A stretch of DNA of 52,368 nucleotides from a virus. The position numbers and the translations under genes are program-made. The notes beneath the pieces are model-generated. The model saw nothing but the letters and a program-made list of their open reading frames with translations, was not told where the DNA came from and did no database searches. Below, piece after piece: positions 26,180 through 35,110 of the stretch; within the stretch, counting starts at the first letter, position 1, and each line of letters starts with the position of its first letter. Location: IMG/VR virus record IMGVR_UViG_3300045988_112980. One strand, given 5' to 3'.

Positions 26180-26557
26180 TTAAGGGGTAAAATCATTCAA
26201 AATGGCTGATTTCATCAAATCAAGGGTCTTTTTCTTGTACAAGTCATCAGGCGTTGTTCTGAACACACGCCAGCCCATGAGCGTAGCCGTATTATACTTC
26301 TCAATGTCTCCAAGAAAACCTTTTGGGGAAGTATGCCGTCCTCCCGTCCATACACCGCCCTCAACTTCAAGGGCGATTTTGTGTTCAGGCACGGCGTAAT
26401 CAAACCGCCACTTCCTGACGGGGTGAAATTTGAACTCTTTTACACAATCTACTTTCAAATCGGTTTTGCAAATAACCGTGAAAACGTCACGCAGGGGCGG
26501 TTTTGCCGCTGTCTGTCGGCTTTTCTTTGTTTTTGCGATACTTTTATCAGCTTTCAT
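26180..26557 (-). CDS. Vsr/DUF559-like PD-(D/E)xK endonuclease
   Basis: The sequence WRFDYAVPEHKIALEVEGGVWTGGRH...GWRVFR fits the pattern. Confidence 0.45.
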   Translation of the reverse strand: MKADKSIAKTKKSRQTAAKPPLRDVFTVICKTDLKVDCVKEFKFHPVRKWRFDYAVPEHKIALEVEGGVWTGGRHTSPKGFLGDIEKYNTATLMGWRVFRTTPDDLYKKKTLDLMKSAILNDFTP

Positions 26558-26602
26558 GTTTTAACGTGATTTTTGGGGCTTGTTTAAAGGCGAGGAAAAC
26601 AG

Positions 26603-26622
26603 AAAGGGGATTGCTCCCCTTT
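26603..26622. terminator. GC-containing hairpin AAAGGGGA-TTGC-TCCCCTTT between two early genes
   Basis: 8-bp stem with T-rich flanks on both strands. Confidence 0.45.
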
Positions 26623-26644
26623 GTTTGTGTTTATTCTCATTTTA

Positions 26645-27019
26645 TCAGAATGGCAGGTCATCCGTATTTTCCACAGCTTGCGCCCCGTCAAAGGTTGAAC
26701 CGACATTCATCTGTGGGGCGGCTTTCTTCACAAGCGGTCTCATGCCGCCGATAATCGGGAGGGCTTGCCTCTGTTCTTCAGATAAGGCTTCGTATATCTC
26801 CTTGTCAAGTGACTGTTTGATACAGTGTGTTTCTTTATACTGCGGGTTCTCCATTTCTATGGCTGTCAGGTTCAGATAAACGCCTTTTTCCCCGACATAA
26901 AGCCCGCTGTCATCAACCGGGATGACAAGACAGCGTTTTGTTTCCGTGCGCCCTTTGAAGTTTGTTATGAACGCCCCTTTCAGTTTCAGGAGGTCTTCTT
27001 TGATTGAAAAATTACCCAT
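26645..27019 (-). CDS. Putative ssDNA-binding protein with an acidic C-terminal tip DDLPF
   Basis: 124-aa ORF that ends ...AVENTDDLPF, like the SSB C-terminal protein-interaction tip. Confidence 0.4.
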   Translation of the reverse strand: MGNFSIKEDLLKLKGAFITNFKGRTETKRCLVIPVDDSGLYVGEKGVYLNLTAIEMENPQYKETHCIKQSLDKEIYEALSEEQRQALPIIGGMRPLVKKAAPQMNVGSTFDGAQAVENTDDLPF

Positions 27020-27095
27020 AATTTCTTGTTTTTTATTCGATTAAATATCCGTTTTCTGTAATAAGTTCACTTCATTTGCGTTCAGCCTCTCAGAC

Positions 27096-27470
27096 TTAAT
27101 GATAGCCCTTTTTCTTCGGGTTGCTCCGGGTTCTGAGCCAATATGGTTTCCGTTGCCAGTGCTTCCGGGGATGCAGCCGTTCCCTATATGGAGGGTAGGG
27201 GTTACGCTCTGCTGGTTCAGAACAGATTTCATAATCTTCAAGGCTTATTTTTTTCAGTTCATATTCCAAGCTGCGTTCAATAACTTGCGCCATCAGACAT
27301 TCAGCCCCGAGCCTTGATATTTGTTCGATAGCCCGTTCAAACTCAGCGATAGACATTCCTAAAGATTCCTGAGCGTTTATCAAAGCCTCTTTTAACTCTT
27401 TTACCGCTTCATCAAGGAGACCCAACTTTTCTTGAAGACGGTCACAAACGTCATTCAGGCTGTTTCCCAT
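27096..27470 (-). CDS. Hypothetical protein
   Basis: 124-aa ORF. Confidence 0.45.
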   Translation of the reverse strand: MGNSLNDVCDRLQEKLGLLDEAVKELKEALINAQESLGMSIAEFERAIEQISRLGAECLMAQVIERSLEYELKKISLEDYEICSEPAERNPYPPYRERLHPRKHWQRKPYWLRTRSNPKKKGYH

Positions 27471-27473
27471 AAG

Positions 27474-27731
27474 TCAGCCCTCCTTTTCGTAAGCCCATCC
27501 GAGAAGACGGTCAAAGGGAAGCCCTATGCGATGATGCGTGTCTTTTCTTGAAAGGCAGAAATCCCCGTCATCGTCAACCTCTCCGTCCGTGCATCCTCTG
27601 TAAATTTGCCCGTTATTGAAAACGAATAATGCCGTGCGGTTGCTGTCAATGCTGCCGATGTCTTCCGGGTCTCTCAATGTATAACGCTGACCGTTTGAAA
27701 GCGTTATTTTACACCGTGTCACGTTTTTCAT
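27474..27731 (-). CDS. Hypothetical protein
   Basis: 85-aa ORF. Confidence 0.45.
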   Translation of the reverse strand: MKNVTRCKITLSNGQRYTLRDPEDIGSIDSNRTALFVFNNGQIYRGCTDGEVDDDGDFCLSRKDTHHRIGLPFDRLLGWAYEKEG

Positions 27732-27925
27732 ACTTGTTTCTCCTTTCTTGTTTCTTGTGTGTCAGATGTTGTTCTGTCCTCGTATGAAAGCGTGATACCT
27801 GTCAGAACCCCGTTATCGTCACGCTTGAACAGAGCACGTTCAAGGTATATTCCTCCCTGCTCAAACTGTTTGTTGGAGGCTTCAAGAAAACCCCTGACTT
27901 CTTCAATGTTTATTTTCCTGTCCAT
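27728..27925 (-). CDS. Hypothetical small protein (start taken at MDRKINIEEV)
   Basis: The longer ORF-track version overlaps the lipoprotein gene in another frame. Confidence 0.35.
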   Translation of the reverse strand: MDRKINIEEVRGFLEASNKQFEQGGIYLERALFKRDDNGVLTGITLSYEDRTTSDTQETRKEKQV

Positions 27926-28187
27926 TGTTACACATAGTTTGAACCTTGACATTCTCTGTTGCTTTTCCAACCCGCTTTTGATAACTGTATTGAACATCGC
28001 CCGTTCTGTTTGTGAAGTAAACGTAACGGTCACTGTCACGGAAACGATAAACCGTGATACCGTCAACCGTGAACAGTTTTTCAACGGGGTATGATTGGTT
28101 AGAACTCGCCTTGACTTCTTCAACTTGTTTTGATTCGCACGCTGTCAGGGCTAAGAGTGCGATTGAAATAATGATAATCTTTTTCAT
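27903..28187 (-). CDS. Small lipoprotein encoded in the early operon
   Basis: MKKIIIISIALLALTAC is a signal peptide with a lipobox Cys. Confidence 0.55.
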   Translation of the reverse strand: MKKIIIISIALLALTACESKQVEEVKASSNQSYPVEKLFTVDGITVYRFRDSDRYVYFTNRTGDVQYSYQKRVGKATENVKVQTMCNNGQENKH

Positions 28188-28339
28188 TTTGTTGGTATTT
28201 TAGTGTTAAACACGTCTTTGAGCCATTGTTTGTACGGTAGGATTGGTTTACCGTATAAAGTCATATTGGCTTTGTAGCTTTCGTACATCTGTTTGCGAAA
28301 ATCTACGGGAATTTGTTTTTTCTGATTTCTCAATTTCAT
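28184..28339 (-). CDS. Hypothetical small protein (51 aa, below the ORF-track cutoff)
   Basis: I translated MKLRNQKKQIPVDFRKQMYESYKANMTLYGKPILPYKQWLKDVFNTKIPTK. Its stop overlaps the next ATG (ATGA). Confidence 0.35.
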   Translation of the reverse strand: MKLRNQKKQIPVDFRKQMYESYKANMTLYGKPILPYKQWLKDVFNTKIPTK

Positions 28340-28350
28340 CTTTGTATATT

Positions 28351-28596
28351 TTAAGTGAATAAACTCAGTTGTACGGGTCTGTCTTTGACCGTTCTTTCAT
28401 ATATCGGGCAGCGGTCTTTGTAAGAGCAACAACCGTTTTTTGCGGCTGAGAACCTTTCATCCCAAAGCCGCTTGTATTCATCTGTTCCCATTTCGGCTTC
28501 TGTGTTCAGAAACTGAACCAGCTTTATACAGAAGAAGCCCCGTTCTTCTTGCTTCTCATCGTGAAGCGGTATCAAGCCGTTTCCTTTCGGTCTCAT
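28351..28596 (-). CDS. Hypothetical protein
   Basis: 81-aa ORF, overlapped by its upstream neighbour. Confidence 0.45.
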   Translation of the reverse strand: MRPKGNGLIPLHDEKQEERGFFCIKLVQFLNTEAEMGTDEYKRLWDERFSAAKNGCCSYKDRCPIYERTVKDRPVQLSLFT

Positions 28597-28826
28597 GGTC
28601 TCAACTGTTTAAGAAGTCTTTCAAGACCCCGCCCGTCCTTTATGCTTTTTCCTGTTGCCCATCCACTGTACGGGAAGAACGTCACTGTTTGCCCTTTGTG
28701 AATGAACTGTATCTGAGTGTTGTCACGCTGAACAATCTCAAAGCCGATTTCCTGAATGCGGCTGACAGCATATTCAATGCGTGTCGGTTCAAGCCGTTTT
28801 TGCCTTTCAATGTCTAATCTTGCCAT
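28593..28826 (-). CDS. Hypothetical protein
   Basis: 77-aa ORF with 4-nt overlaps. Confidence 0.45.
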   Translation of the reverse strand: MARLDIERQKRLEPTRIEYAVSRIQEIGFEIVQRDNTQIQFIHKGQTVTFFPYSGWATGKSIKDGRGLERLLKQLRP

Positions 28827-28999
28827 AACTTCGGGTTCTGTTTTTCGTGAATAATTCTTTGAACTCTCTCTATTTCGTCATCAATGATCCGTTCAAGCCT
28901 CTTGCTTTCTGTCAGGGCTGAATTTGTCTTGGTCTTGAAATATTCCCGCTGTTTTTCTCTCATTCGGACAACAGCGTCAAAAAATTCTTTCGGCTTCAT
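28814..28999 (-). CDS. Hypothetical protein
   Basis: 61-aa ORF. Confidence 0.4.
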   Translation of the reverse strand: MKPKEFFDAVVRMREKQREYFKTKTNSALTESKRLERIIDDEIERVQRIIHEKQNPKLWQD

Positions 29000-29238
29000 C
29001 TTCTGTTGTTTTTAGTCAGTTTTTTTATAATTCTGTTCAGGTACGCATTTTCGCTTTCAAGGTCTTTTATTTCTTGTTTCAGAACCTTTATGGTTTCATT
29101 GTATTGTTCACGCTCAAATTGAGCGGGAGATTTTTCAAAGCGGCAGGTACAATGTTCGATACCCATAGCTGCCGTACCCATACAGCCGGGTATCAAAACC
29201 TTTTCGCCTGTTTCCGTGTAGATATAATGGCACTTCAT
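28996..29238 (-). CDS. Hypothetical protein
   Basis: 80-aa ORF. Confidence 0.4.
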   Translation of the reverse strand: MKCHYIYTETGEKVLIPGCMGTAAMGIEHCTCRFEKSPAQFEREQYNETIKVLKQEIKDLESENAYLNRIIKKLTKNNRR

Positions 29239-29249
29239 AACTCAAATGA

Positions 29250-31106
29250 TTAAAACGGGCATTCTTCATCGGATGGCTGAAAGTCATCCCAGTTGAATTG
29301 AGAGGCTTCAAAGGCTTCCTGCTCACGCCGTTTGATTTCTTCCTGTAAATGGTTGCTGTTATCCCAAACGGGTTCTGTGCCGTTGACAAAGGGGCTGTAA
29401 CGCCCGTTGTTCAGGTTATATTTGAACAGAGCCATTCCGCACTCTCCGAGGTGTCTGAACTTCACTTTCTTCACGTAGATTTCAACCGTGTTTTCAAGTC
29501 GGTTTCTGTGAACGACAATACCGAAATCAGCCTTGTTGTAGAAGTTCGCTGAGCCGCTGATGTCATAAAGTGTCGGTATCTCAGGCTCACCGTCTTTGTT
29601 CTTCTGCATCTTTGTTGGGTGCGCCATAAGGATAACCAACACATCATGCAGCTGTGCGAAGTTTGTCAGTTTGTCAAGCAGCCTTGATATGTATTTCGTC
29701 TCGTTCTTGCCCTCGCTTTCATCTTCAAGCCTGTTATACGGGTCAATAACGAGAACTTTAATACCCTTGCGTCTGACAAGGAATTTCGCCCTTTCGAGAA
29801 TAGCGTCAACCCTGAAATCGCTTTTCGGGGATATGAAAAAGAAATTTGTTTCAAGGTGTTGTTTCACTTGTTTGTACTCCCCGTATGTCAGGTGTTCTTT
29901 GTCAAACTGTTTGCCCGTGAACTTCTCAATCAGTTTTGAAGCGTGATATTCCAGCGGGGCGTTCTCCGGGCTGAAATAAGCGAAACGCCAGCCATAACGA
30001 ATATTCAATCGTTCTGCAATCTCGTCAATAAATTCAGACTTACCCGAACTCGGAACGCCCGTGATGATACACAGACGCTTTGTTTCAAAAGAGCACAATC
30101 GGTCGAAGTTGTCATGCCCGATTGTTACCCCTTTCTGCAAGCCATGCTCAAACAGAGCGTCAAGGGATTGTTCAAAGTCTGACAGCGTGAAAACGCCCTC
30201 AATCTTTATCTCGGGAGCGTCAGCGATACATTTCAGAAGACTTTCACGCCCGTACTTCTGCAGGTGTTCGTTAGCGTCTTTGCACCCGTCCCCGTATTCA
30301 ATTATCCGGCAGCGTTCAGCCCCGAAACGCCTTATCAGTTCTTCTTTCAGAACAACGCCTTTCGTGTCCGTGTCAGATGCGATGTATATTGTCTCTTTGT
30401 CATCAAAGTATTCTTCGAGATAGTCATCGAGGTAGTCAAGGTTTGAGTTCGCCCCGTTCGGAACGCTGACAACATCTGTCCGTCCGCATTCAAAGAATGA
30501 CAGGGCGTCCATTTCGCCCTCTGTGATGATACATTCTTTCGTACCTTTGATGTTGTCAATCCCGTACGGGAGAAGTTCTGCGCCTGAACAGAGTTTGAAA
30601 CATTTGTCTCCCGTTCTGAATTTCGTGTTGACAAGTTCCCCGTTATGGTAGTAGTTAAACTGAACCGTGTTCGCTTTGCCGTTCTTCTGCGGCATCCATT
30701 CAAGCCCCTCGGTTACTTTCATCGCCGTCAGGGTCTTTTCGCTGATGCCACGCCCCTTGAACCATTCAAGGGCTTTCCCAGAGATTGAAAAACAGTCCTG
30801 ACGTGGGGCGGGTTTCTTGTAAACGGGTTTCTCGCGGCGTATGGGGGCGGCGTTGCGCCACGGGCGGTCTTCTTTTTCCCAAGGCTCTTTTTCCGCTGCA
30901 CAGCCCGAGAAACCGCAGTAATGACAGTTGAACTCGCCTGTTTCAAGGTTGATAGAGAGACTTTTGTCACGTTTGTCGTGACGCTGGTCATGGCACTGTG
31001 GGCAGAAAACCTTTCTGTTCCCTGAACGCCCGTATGGGGCTTTTATCCCGTATTTTCCCCAATTTATGCTCATAATAAAATCCAAGTGTTTGATGATGAA
31101 TCCCAA
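29250..31106 (-). CDS. Bifunctional primase-helicase (zinc finger, TOPRIM, P-loop helicase); alternative start at 31073
   Basis: CPQCHDQRHD...CHYCGF is a zinc finger, ECIITEGEMDALS is TOPRIM-like, and GVPSSGKSEF is a Walker A motif. Confidence 0.75.
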   Translation of the reverse strand: MGFIIKHLDFIMSINWGKYGIKAPYGRSGNRKVFCPQCHDQRHDKRDKSLSINLETGEFNCHYCGFSGCAAEKEPWEKEDRPWRNAAPIRREKPVYKKPAPRQDCFSISGKALEWFKGRGISEKTLTAMKVTEGLEWMPQKNGKANTVQFNYYHNGELVNTKFRTGDKCFKLCSGAELLPYGIDNIKGTKECIITEGEMDALSFFECGRTDVVSVPNGANSNLDYLDDYLEEYFDDKETIYIASDTDTKGVVLKEELIRRFGAERCRIIEYGDGCKDANEHLQKYGRESLLKCIADAPEIKIEGVFTLSDFEQSLDALFEHGLQKGVTIGHDNFDRLCSFETKRLCIITGVPSSGKSEFIDEIAERLNIRYGWRFAYFSPENAPLEYHASKLIEKFTGKQFDKEHLTYGEYKQVKQHLETNFFFISPKSDFRVDAILERAKFLVRRKGIKVLVIDPYNRLEDESEGKNETKYISRLLDKLTNFAQLHDVLVILMAHPTKMQKNKDGEPEIPTLYDISGSANFYNKADFGIVVHRNRLENTVEIYVKKVKFRHLGECGMALFKYNLNNGRYSPFVNGTEPVWDNSNHLQEEIKRREQEAFEASQFNWDDFQPSDEECPF

Positions 31107-32038
31107 GCGTGTCTGTCAGACGGACGGGGTGGGGCTGTAGGAGGTATTATCGCCTTGCCTGAACCGTATGTTCTGTGCCCTGAGTTGTCATAGAACTCGC
31201 CGACACCGAGTTGAACCTTTGTGACTTTTGAACCGTTCTGAACGCCGCTGCCTTTATCGTTGTCGTAGTTGCCCTCCTGAACCTTTATCCAGTTTGAACC
31301 GTTCTCAAAAATCCAATCGAATGTCGCCGTCCACGCCCTTTTGTTGGATTGCCGCCCGGTCAGGAAGTCGGATGCTTGAACACGCTTGAAGATGTCTTCT
31401 GCGGTCTGTAGCCAAGTCTCACGGCTTTTGCCCCATTCGTCACAGCGGCATTTTATTTTTGCTCGCCTGTTGTCATTGAGTTTTTGAACTTTCGGCAGAG
31501 ATACACAGATTGAGTTCCACAAGGCGCATATATCCTGATAAGGATATTTTTCTTTGCTCTCCTTTTCTTTGCTTTCCTCTCCTTTAGGGGTTTCTTGCGC
31601 AGAAAACCGTTCTTCATCCTGTGTTTTCTCGGAAGAAACTTTCTGTTCAGGCTGTTTCTTGTCTTCAAAACTGGGTTTTGACGGGAGGTTGGTGTTACGG
31701 GTTCTGTAAACATCTGAAAGGTTTCTGACAAAATTCGCAATCCATAAAACACGATGTTCGTTCCATAGCTCAATGTCAATTTTGTTTAGATTTATCAAGA
31801 CGTTGATAATGTCTTTCGCCTTTTCCTCTGTGACACGTGTTTTGGCAAGAAGATACTCCCAATTTGAAGCGTTTGAACAATCATAGAAATGCCCCTCACT
31901 TTCCCCGAGAATTTCAAGGAGTTTGAACCAAAACGCATATCCGTCATTCCCGAACTTATTTTCAAGGATGAAAATCGTGCGCCCGCCCTTGACGAAGTGC
32001 GGGAAATAATCAACGGTTTGTTTTTTCGGTCTTGCCAT
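31070..32038 (-). CDS. DUF4373-type replication-associated protein
   Basis: The N-terminus KKQTVDYFPHFVKGGRTIFILENKFGNDGYAFWFKLLEIL fits the Lin1244/DUF4373 pattern. Confidence 0.55.
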   Translation of the reverse strand: MARPKKQTVDYFPHFVKGGRTIFILENKFGNDGYAFWFKLLEILGESEGHFYDCSNASNWEYLLAKTRVTEEKAKDIINVLINLNKIDIELWNEHRVLWIANFVRNLSDVYRTRNTNLPSKPSFEDKKQPEQKVSSEKTQDEERFSAQETPKGEESKEKESKEKYPYQDICALWNSICVSLPKVQKLNDNRRAKIKCRCDEWGKSRETWLQTAEDIFKRVQASDFLTGRQSNKRAWTATFDWIFENGSNWIKVQEGNYDNDKGSGVQNGSKVTKVQLGVGEFYDNSGHRTYGSGKAIIPPTAPPRPSDRHAWDSSSNTWILL

Positions 32039-32050
32039 AGCCTGATGGAT

Positions 32051-33427
32051 TTATAGGGTTGTAAGAATTGATTTGCGGAGTTTCTCGTTCCTTGCGTTCC
32101 ATTCAAAGGAGCGTATCATCCATTGACGGTAATCAAGGGGAATGTCCGCTATTCTGTTCCCCTTATATTTGCCGAAAGGCATGATTTCAATCGGGGCTTC
32201 TGCCCGAGCGTCTATCGCCCGTGTGTCTTCACGGGTGTAATGACCGATGTCCGAAATGGGTATGCCTGACAGAAGCCGCCCGCCCGTTCCGAACATTCGC
32301 CACATTTTACCCTGCTCAAACGTGATGTCTTCAACACGCCCGAAACGTTCAACATTGCCGCCGAGGTCAACAATCAAAGCGTCCGTTTTCTCGGGGTCAA
32401 TACGTGTCGCACGTCCGATAATCTGATAATACAAGGCGATAGAAGCCGTAGAAACGCCTAAAACGATGCAGTCGATACCTGTATAGTCAAAGCCTGTCGA
32501 AAGCACTCTGACGTTAAATATGACCCGTATTTCGCCCGCCCTGAAACGTGCGATGACCTGAGAACGTTCCGTCTTATCCATTTCCCCGTAAATCACGGCT
32601 GAGTTTGGGTATTTCTTTGAAAGCGTTATGGCGTCCTCAACAGAGGGAACGAAGACAAGAATATGGCGGCGGTCTGAATGTCTGTCAAGGGCTTGAACAA
32701 TCTGTTCAGATCCTCCGTTCGCATCATACGCCCGCTGAACGCTTTCTTCCGTGTATTCAGATTTTGAACTGTTGAAGACAAGAAGACTGCTGTCGAATCC
32801 CGCTGTCTCATATTGAAGCGGAGACCAAAAGCCGAGGCGAACCATTTCAGCCACCTGCCCGACATGAATGATGTCTTTGAAGGAGTTGCCTTTCTTTGAA
32901 CGGGAGGTCAGCATGACAAGTTTTGAGAAGTTCTGCCCGTCCTTATCCCGGTTCGTTTGCAGCTTCACGGGGGTAGCCGTGATTCCGAGAACGTGGGTTA
33001 TGCCGCTTTCTTTCAGGAAACGTCCGAGCATACTGTTAGCCTCACGGGGATAAAGGTGCGCTTCATCAATCAACATTTTTGTAAACCCGAGAGACTTGAA
33101 TTTAGCCCCGAGGCTCTTTATTGAGCCTATCGTGGCGTAAGTTATATGGGCGATGTCCTTTCGCCCGAAACTTGCGCTGTAAATCCCCGCATTCAAGGCG
33201 AAATCCCCGCATAGCGAGCAATATTTCAAATAGTTTTGTTCGAGCAACTCTTTCGAGGGTTGAAGAACAATCATTTTATCGTTGCTGTTCTTTGCGACAA
33301 AAGCCGTCAGTATTGATTTCCCCCAAGCGGTCGGGAGAACAATCAAACTCGGCTTCGGTTTCTTTTCCGTGAAGAACTGAATAGCCTTGTTTATCGGCTC
33401 TGTTTGGTTTTCTCTGAGTGTTATCAT
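32051..33427 (-). CDS. SF2 DEAD/DEAH-box helicase with a C-terminal DUF3820-like tail
   Basis: PTAWGKS is a Walker A motif, MLIDEAHLY is motif II, and the C-terminus carries MPFGKYKGNRIADIPLDYRQWM. Confidence 0.7.
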   Translation of the reverse strand: MITLRENQTEPINKAIQFFTEKKPKPSLIVLPTAWGKSILTAFVAKNSNDKMIVLQPSKELLEQNYLKYCSLCGDFALNAGIYSASFGRKDIAHITYATIGSIKSLGAKFKSLGFTKMLIDEAHLYPREANSMLGRFLKESGITHVLGITATPVKLQTNRDKDGQNFSKLVMLTSRSKKGNSFKDIIHVGQVAEMVRLGFWSPLQYETAGFDSSLLVFNSSKSEYTEESVQRAYDANGGSEQIVQALDRHSDRRHILVFVPSVEDAITLSKKYPNSAVIYGEMDKTERSQVIARFRAGEIRVIFNVRVLSTGFDYTGIDCIVLGVSTASIALYYQIIGRATRIDPEKTDALIVDLGGNVERFGRVEDITFEQGKMWRMFGTGGRLLSGIPISDIGHYTREDTRAIDARAEAPIEIMPFGKYKGNRIADIPLDYRQWMIRSFEWNARNEKLRKSILTTL

Positions 33428-33440
33428 ATTTGAGAGAATA

Positions 33441-33520
33441 AAACTCCGTATTTAGGGCTAACCACGCATAACAGCAAGCGTTTGAAAACCTTTCGGATGT
33501 TCAACCCATGTACGGAGTTT
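33441..33520 (-). other. Structured 5' leader with a 10-bp perfect long-range stem (AAACTCCGTA / TACGGAGTTT) enclosing 60 nt
   Basis: The inverted repeat was read directly. It lies between the predicted promoter and the helicase ATG. Confidence 0.4.
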
Positions 33521-33557
33521 ATATCGTTGTTTAACTGTCTTTTCATTTCGGTTATTG

Positions 33558-33565
33558 CAAAGATA
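33558..33565 (-). promoter_or_regulatory. Bacteroides-type -7 box TATCTTTG for the helicase/replication operon
   Basis: Matches TAnnTTTG, 1 nt downstream of motif copy 6. Confidence 0.45.
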
Positions 33566-33566
33566 A

Positions 33567-33583
33567 GTGATTACATTGTACTC
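33567..33583. promoter_or_regulatory. Dispersed regulatory motif, copy 6 (GTGATTA-CATTG-TACTC)
   Basis: Same family as the other copies. Confidence 0.5.
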
Positions 33584-33791
33584 ACTTCAAATCACGAAGA
33601 TTTTTTTTAAGGCTCTCAGAAAGTTCAGGCTTTGAAAGCGGCTGTTTCGCTTTCAGTTTCTTCACAAGGATATTTGCGAGGCGAACCTTGTTATAAGTCC
33701 GGGTGTCCTTTTCTTCAACCTGAACCCCGTCTTTCCATGCTTCGATATAGCTGATTATATCTTCCATTTGCTTATTTGAAATGATATACAT
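33582..33791 (-). CDS. Hypothetical protein
   Basis: 69-aa ORF. Confidence 0.4.
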   Translation of the reverse strand: MYIISNKQMEDIISYIEAWKDGVQVEEKDTRTYNKVRLANILVKKLKAKQPLSKPELSESLKKNLRDLK

Positions 33792-33822
33792 AACCGTCTG
33801 ACCTTTCTTTGTTGATTGAACC

Positions 33823-34764
33823 TTATTTTAACAGGAAGCGGCGTGCCCCCTGAACCTCCCTTGAGAACTCGGAAACCATTTCAGGGTGTGCGGCTTTGAA
33901 AGCCTTGTCATCAAACTTCATTGACGGCTTGGGGGCTTTCCATGTGGCGAGCGTCTGACCTCCGTAGCTGATAGCCTCTGCGTCTCCGAAGCCGAGTTTA
34001 ATGCGTTCTTCCAACTCTGTCTTGATTTCATCAAGTTTATCCATCTCTTTCTTGACTTCTTTCAACTTTTGATAGTCTGAGAAAATAGCGTCATTCACTT
34101 CAACGATTTTCCCGTCCGTGTGACGGTTGAATTTCAGCAGAATGTCTTGAACCGATGTCGCTTCGGGTTCTTTCTTCCCCTGAATGTTGTCACGCCAAAA
34201 CTTTTCAACTTCTTCAACTATCCATGCGTAGAAGTCAGGAACAAAAGACAGGTCTTTATAGCCGAACTCACGTCCTGAACAGAGCCAAGCCAAACTGCCC
34301 TCTTTCAATTCTGCAACCCCGAGTTGATATTGAACCTGACAGAACCAATGCTTCGGCAGATCGTCAGAGGAAATTTTCATTTGGGTGGTCTTACATTCCA
34401 AAACACCTTTGTTTGAAGCGTTCTTCTTTTCTCCTGCGAGCCAATATGTACGGTCAGGGCTGACCTGTAGATAGGGGCGTTCATTATTTCTTATCAGCCA
34501 GTCCCCGGCTGATGACTTGATTATTTCACGTCCCGTATCGTCATGCCAAAACTGCGCAACAGCGTCTTCGAGATAATGACCCGCTTTCATAGCAAAGGTC
34601 TCTGTTTTAGGTTCATCAAGACCAACCTTGCGTCTCCAAAGCTGATAAGGGGTTTCCCACGGGTTCAACCCGAGAATGGTTGCAACCTCACTGCTCCCGA
34701 TACCTGACTTTCTGTGTTCAAGCCATTCGTTACGGTCTTTCGGTCTGATAATCGTGTAGCTCAT
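33823..34764 (-). CDS. YqaJ-type (lambda Exo-like) recombination exonuclease
   Basis: The sequence RNEWLEHRKSGIGSSEVATILGLNPWETPYQLW is a typical YqaJ N-terminus. Confidence 0.7.
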   Translation of the reverse strand: MSYTIIRPKDRNEWLEHRKSGIGSSEVATILGLNPWETPYQLWRRKVGLDEPKTETFAMKAGHYLEDAVAQFWHDDTGREIIKSSAGDWLIRNNERPYLQVSPDRTYWLAGEKKNASNKGVLECKTTQMKISSDDLPKHWFCQVQYQLGVAELKEGSLAWLCSGREFGYKDLSFVPDFYAWIVEEVEKFWRDNIQGKKEPEATSVQDILLKFNRHTDGKIVEVNDAIFSDYQKLKEVKKEMDKLDEIKTELEERIKLGFGDAEAISYGGQTLATWKAPKPSMKFDDKAFKAAHPEMVSEFSREVQGARRFLLK

Positions 34765-35072
34765 TTTCTTTCCTCCTGCTCTTTTGCGTTCAATATTGAT
34801 TTCATTAAAGACTCAGCCATGCTTAAAGCAGCAGCCCGTTTTAACAACTCACGTCCTTGCGGTTGTCTCATGAATCCGGCTAAGGCGTAAACGGCTTCTT
34901 CTTCATTTCCCATGATAGACCCGGTTTGACGTGAGCCTTCCCCGTTTTCGTCAGGCTCAGAGGCGATGACAATTACGGCGTGTCTCTTATCAGACTTTTC
35001 GATAAACTCTTGCGCTTCATTCTGAAAAGCGTTTACTTTCGATAAAAATTCGCTGTTATTTTTCGTTTCCAT
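34761..35072 (-). CDS. Hypothetical protein (start at METKNN; the ORF-track N-terminal extension is rejected)
   Basis: The extension to 35195 overlaps the VR2 gene in another frame. Confidence 0.45.
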   Translation of the reverse strand: METKNNSEFLSKVNAFQNEAQEFIEKSDKRHAVIVIASEPDENGEGSRQTGSIMGNEEEAVYALAGFMRQPQGRELLKRAAALSMAESLMKSILNAKEQEERK

Positions 35073-35110
35073 AAATTGTTGATATTTGAATGTTAAACAT
35101 TTGTTGTTAC

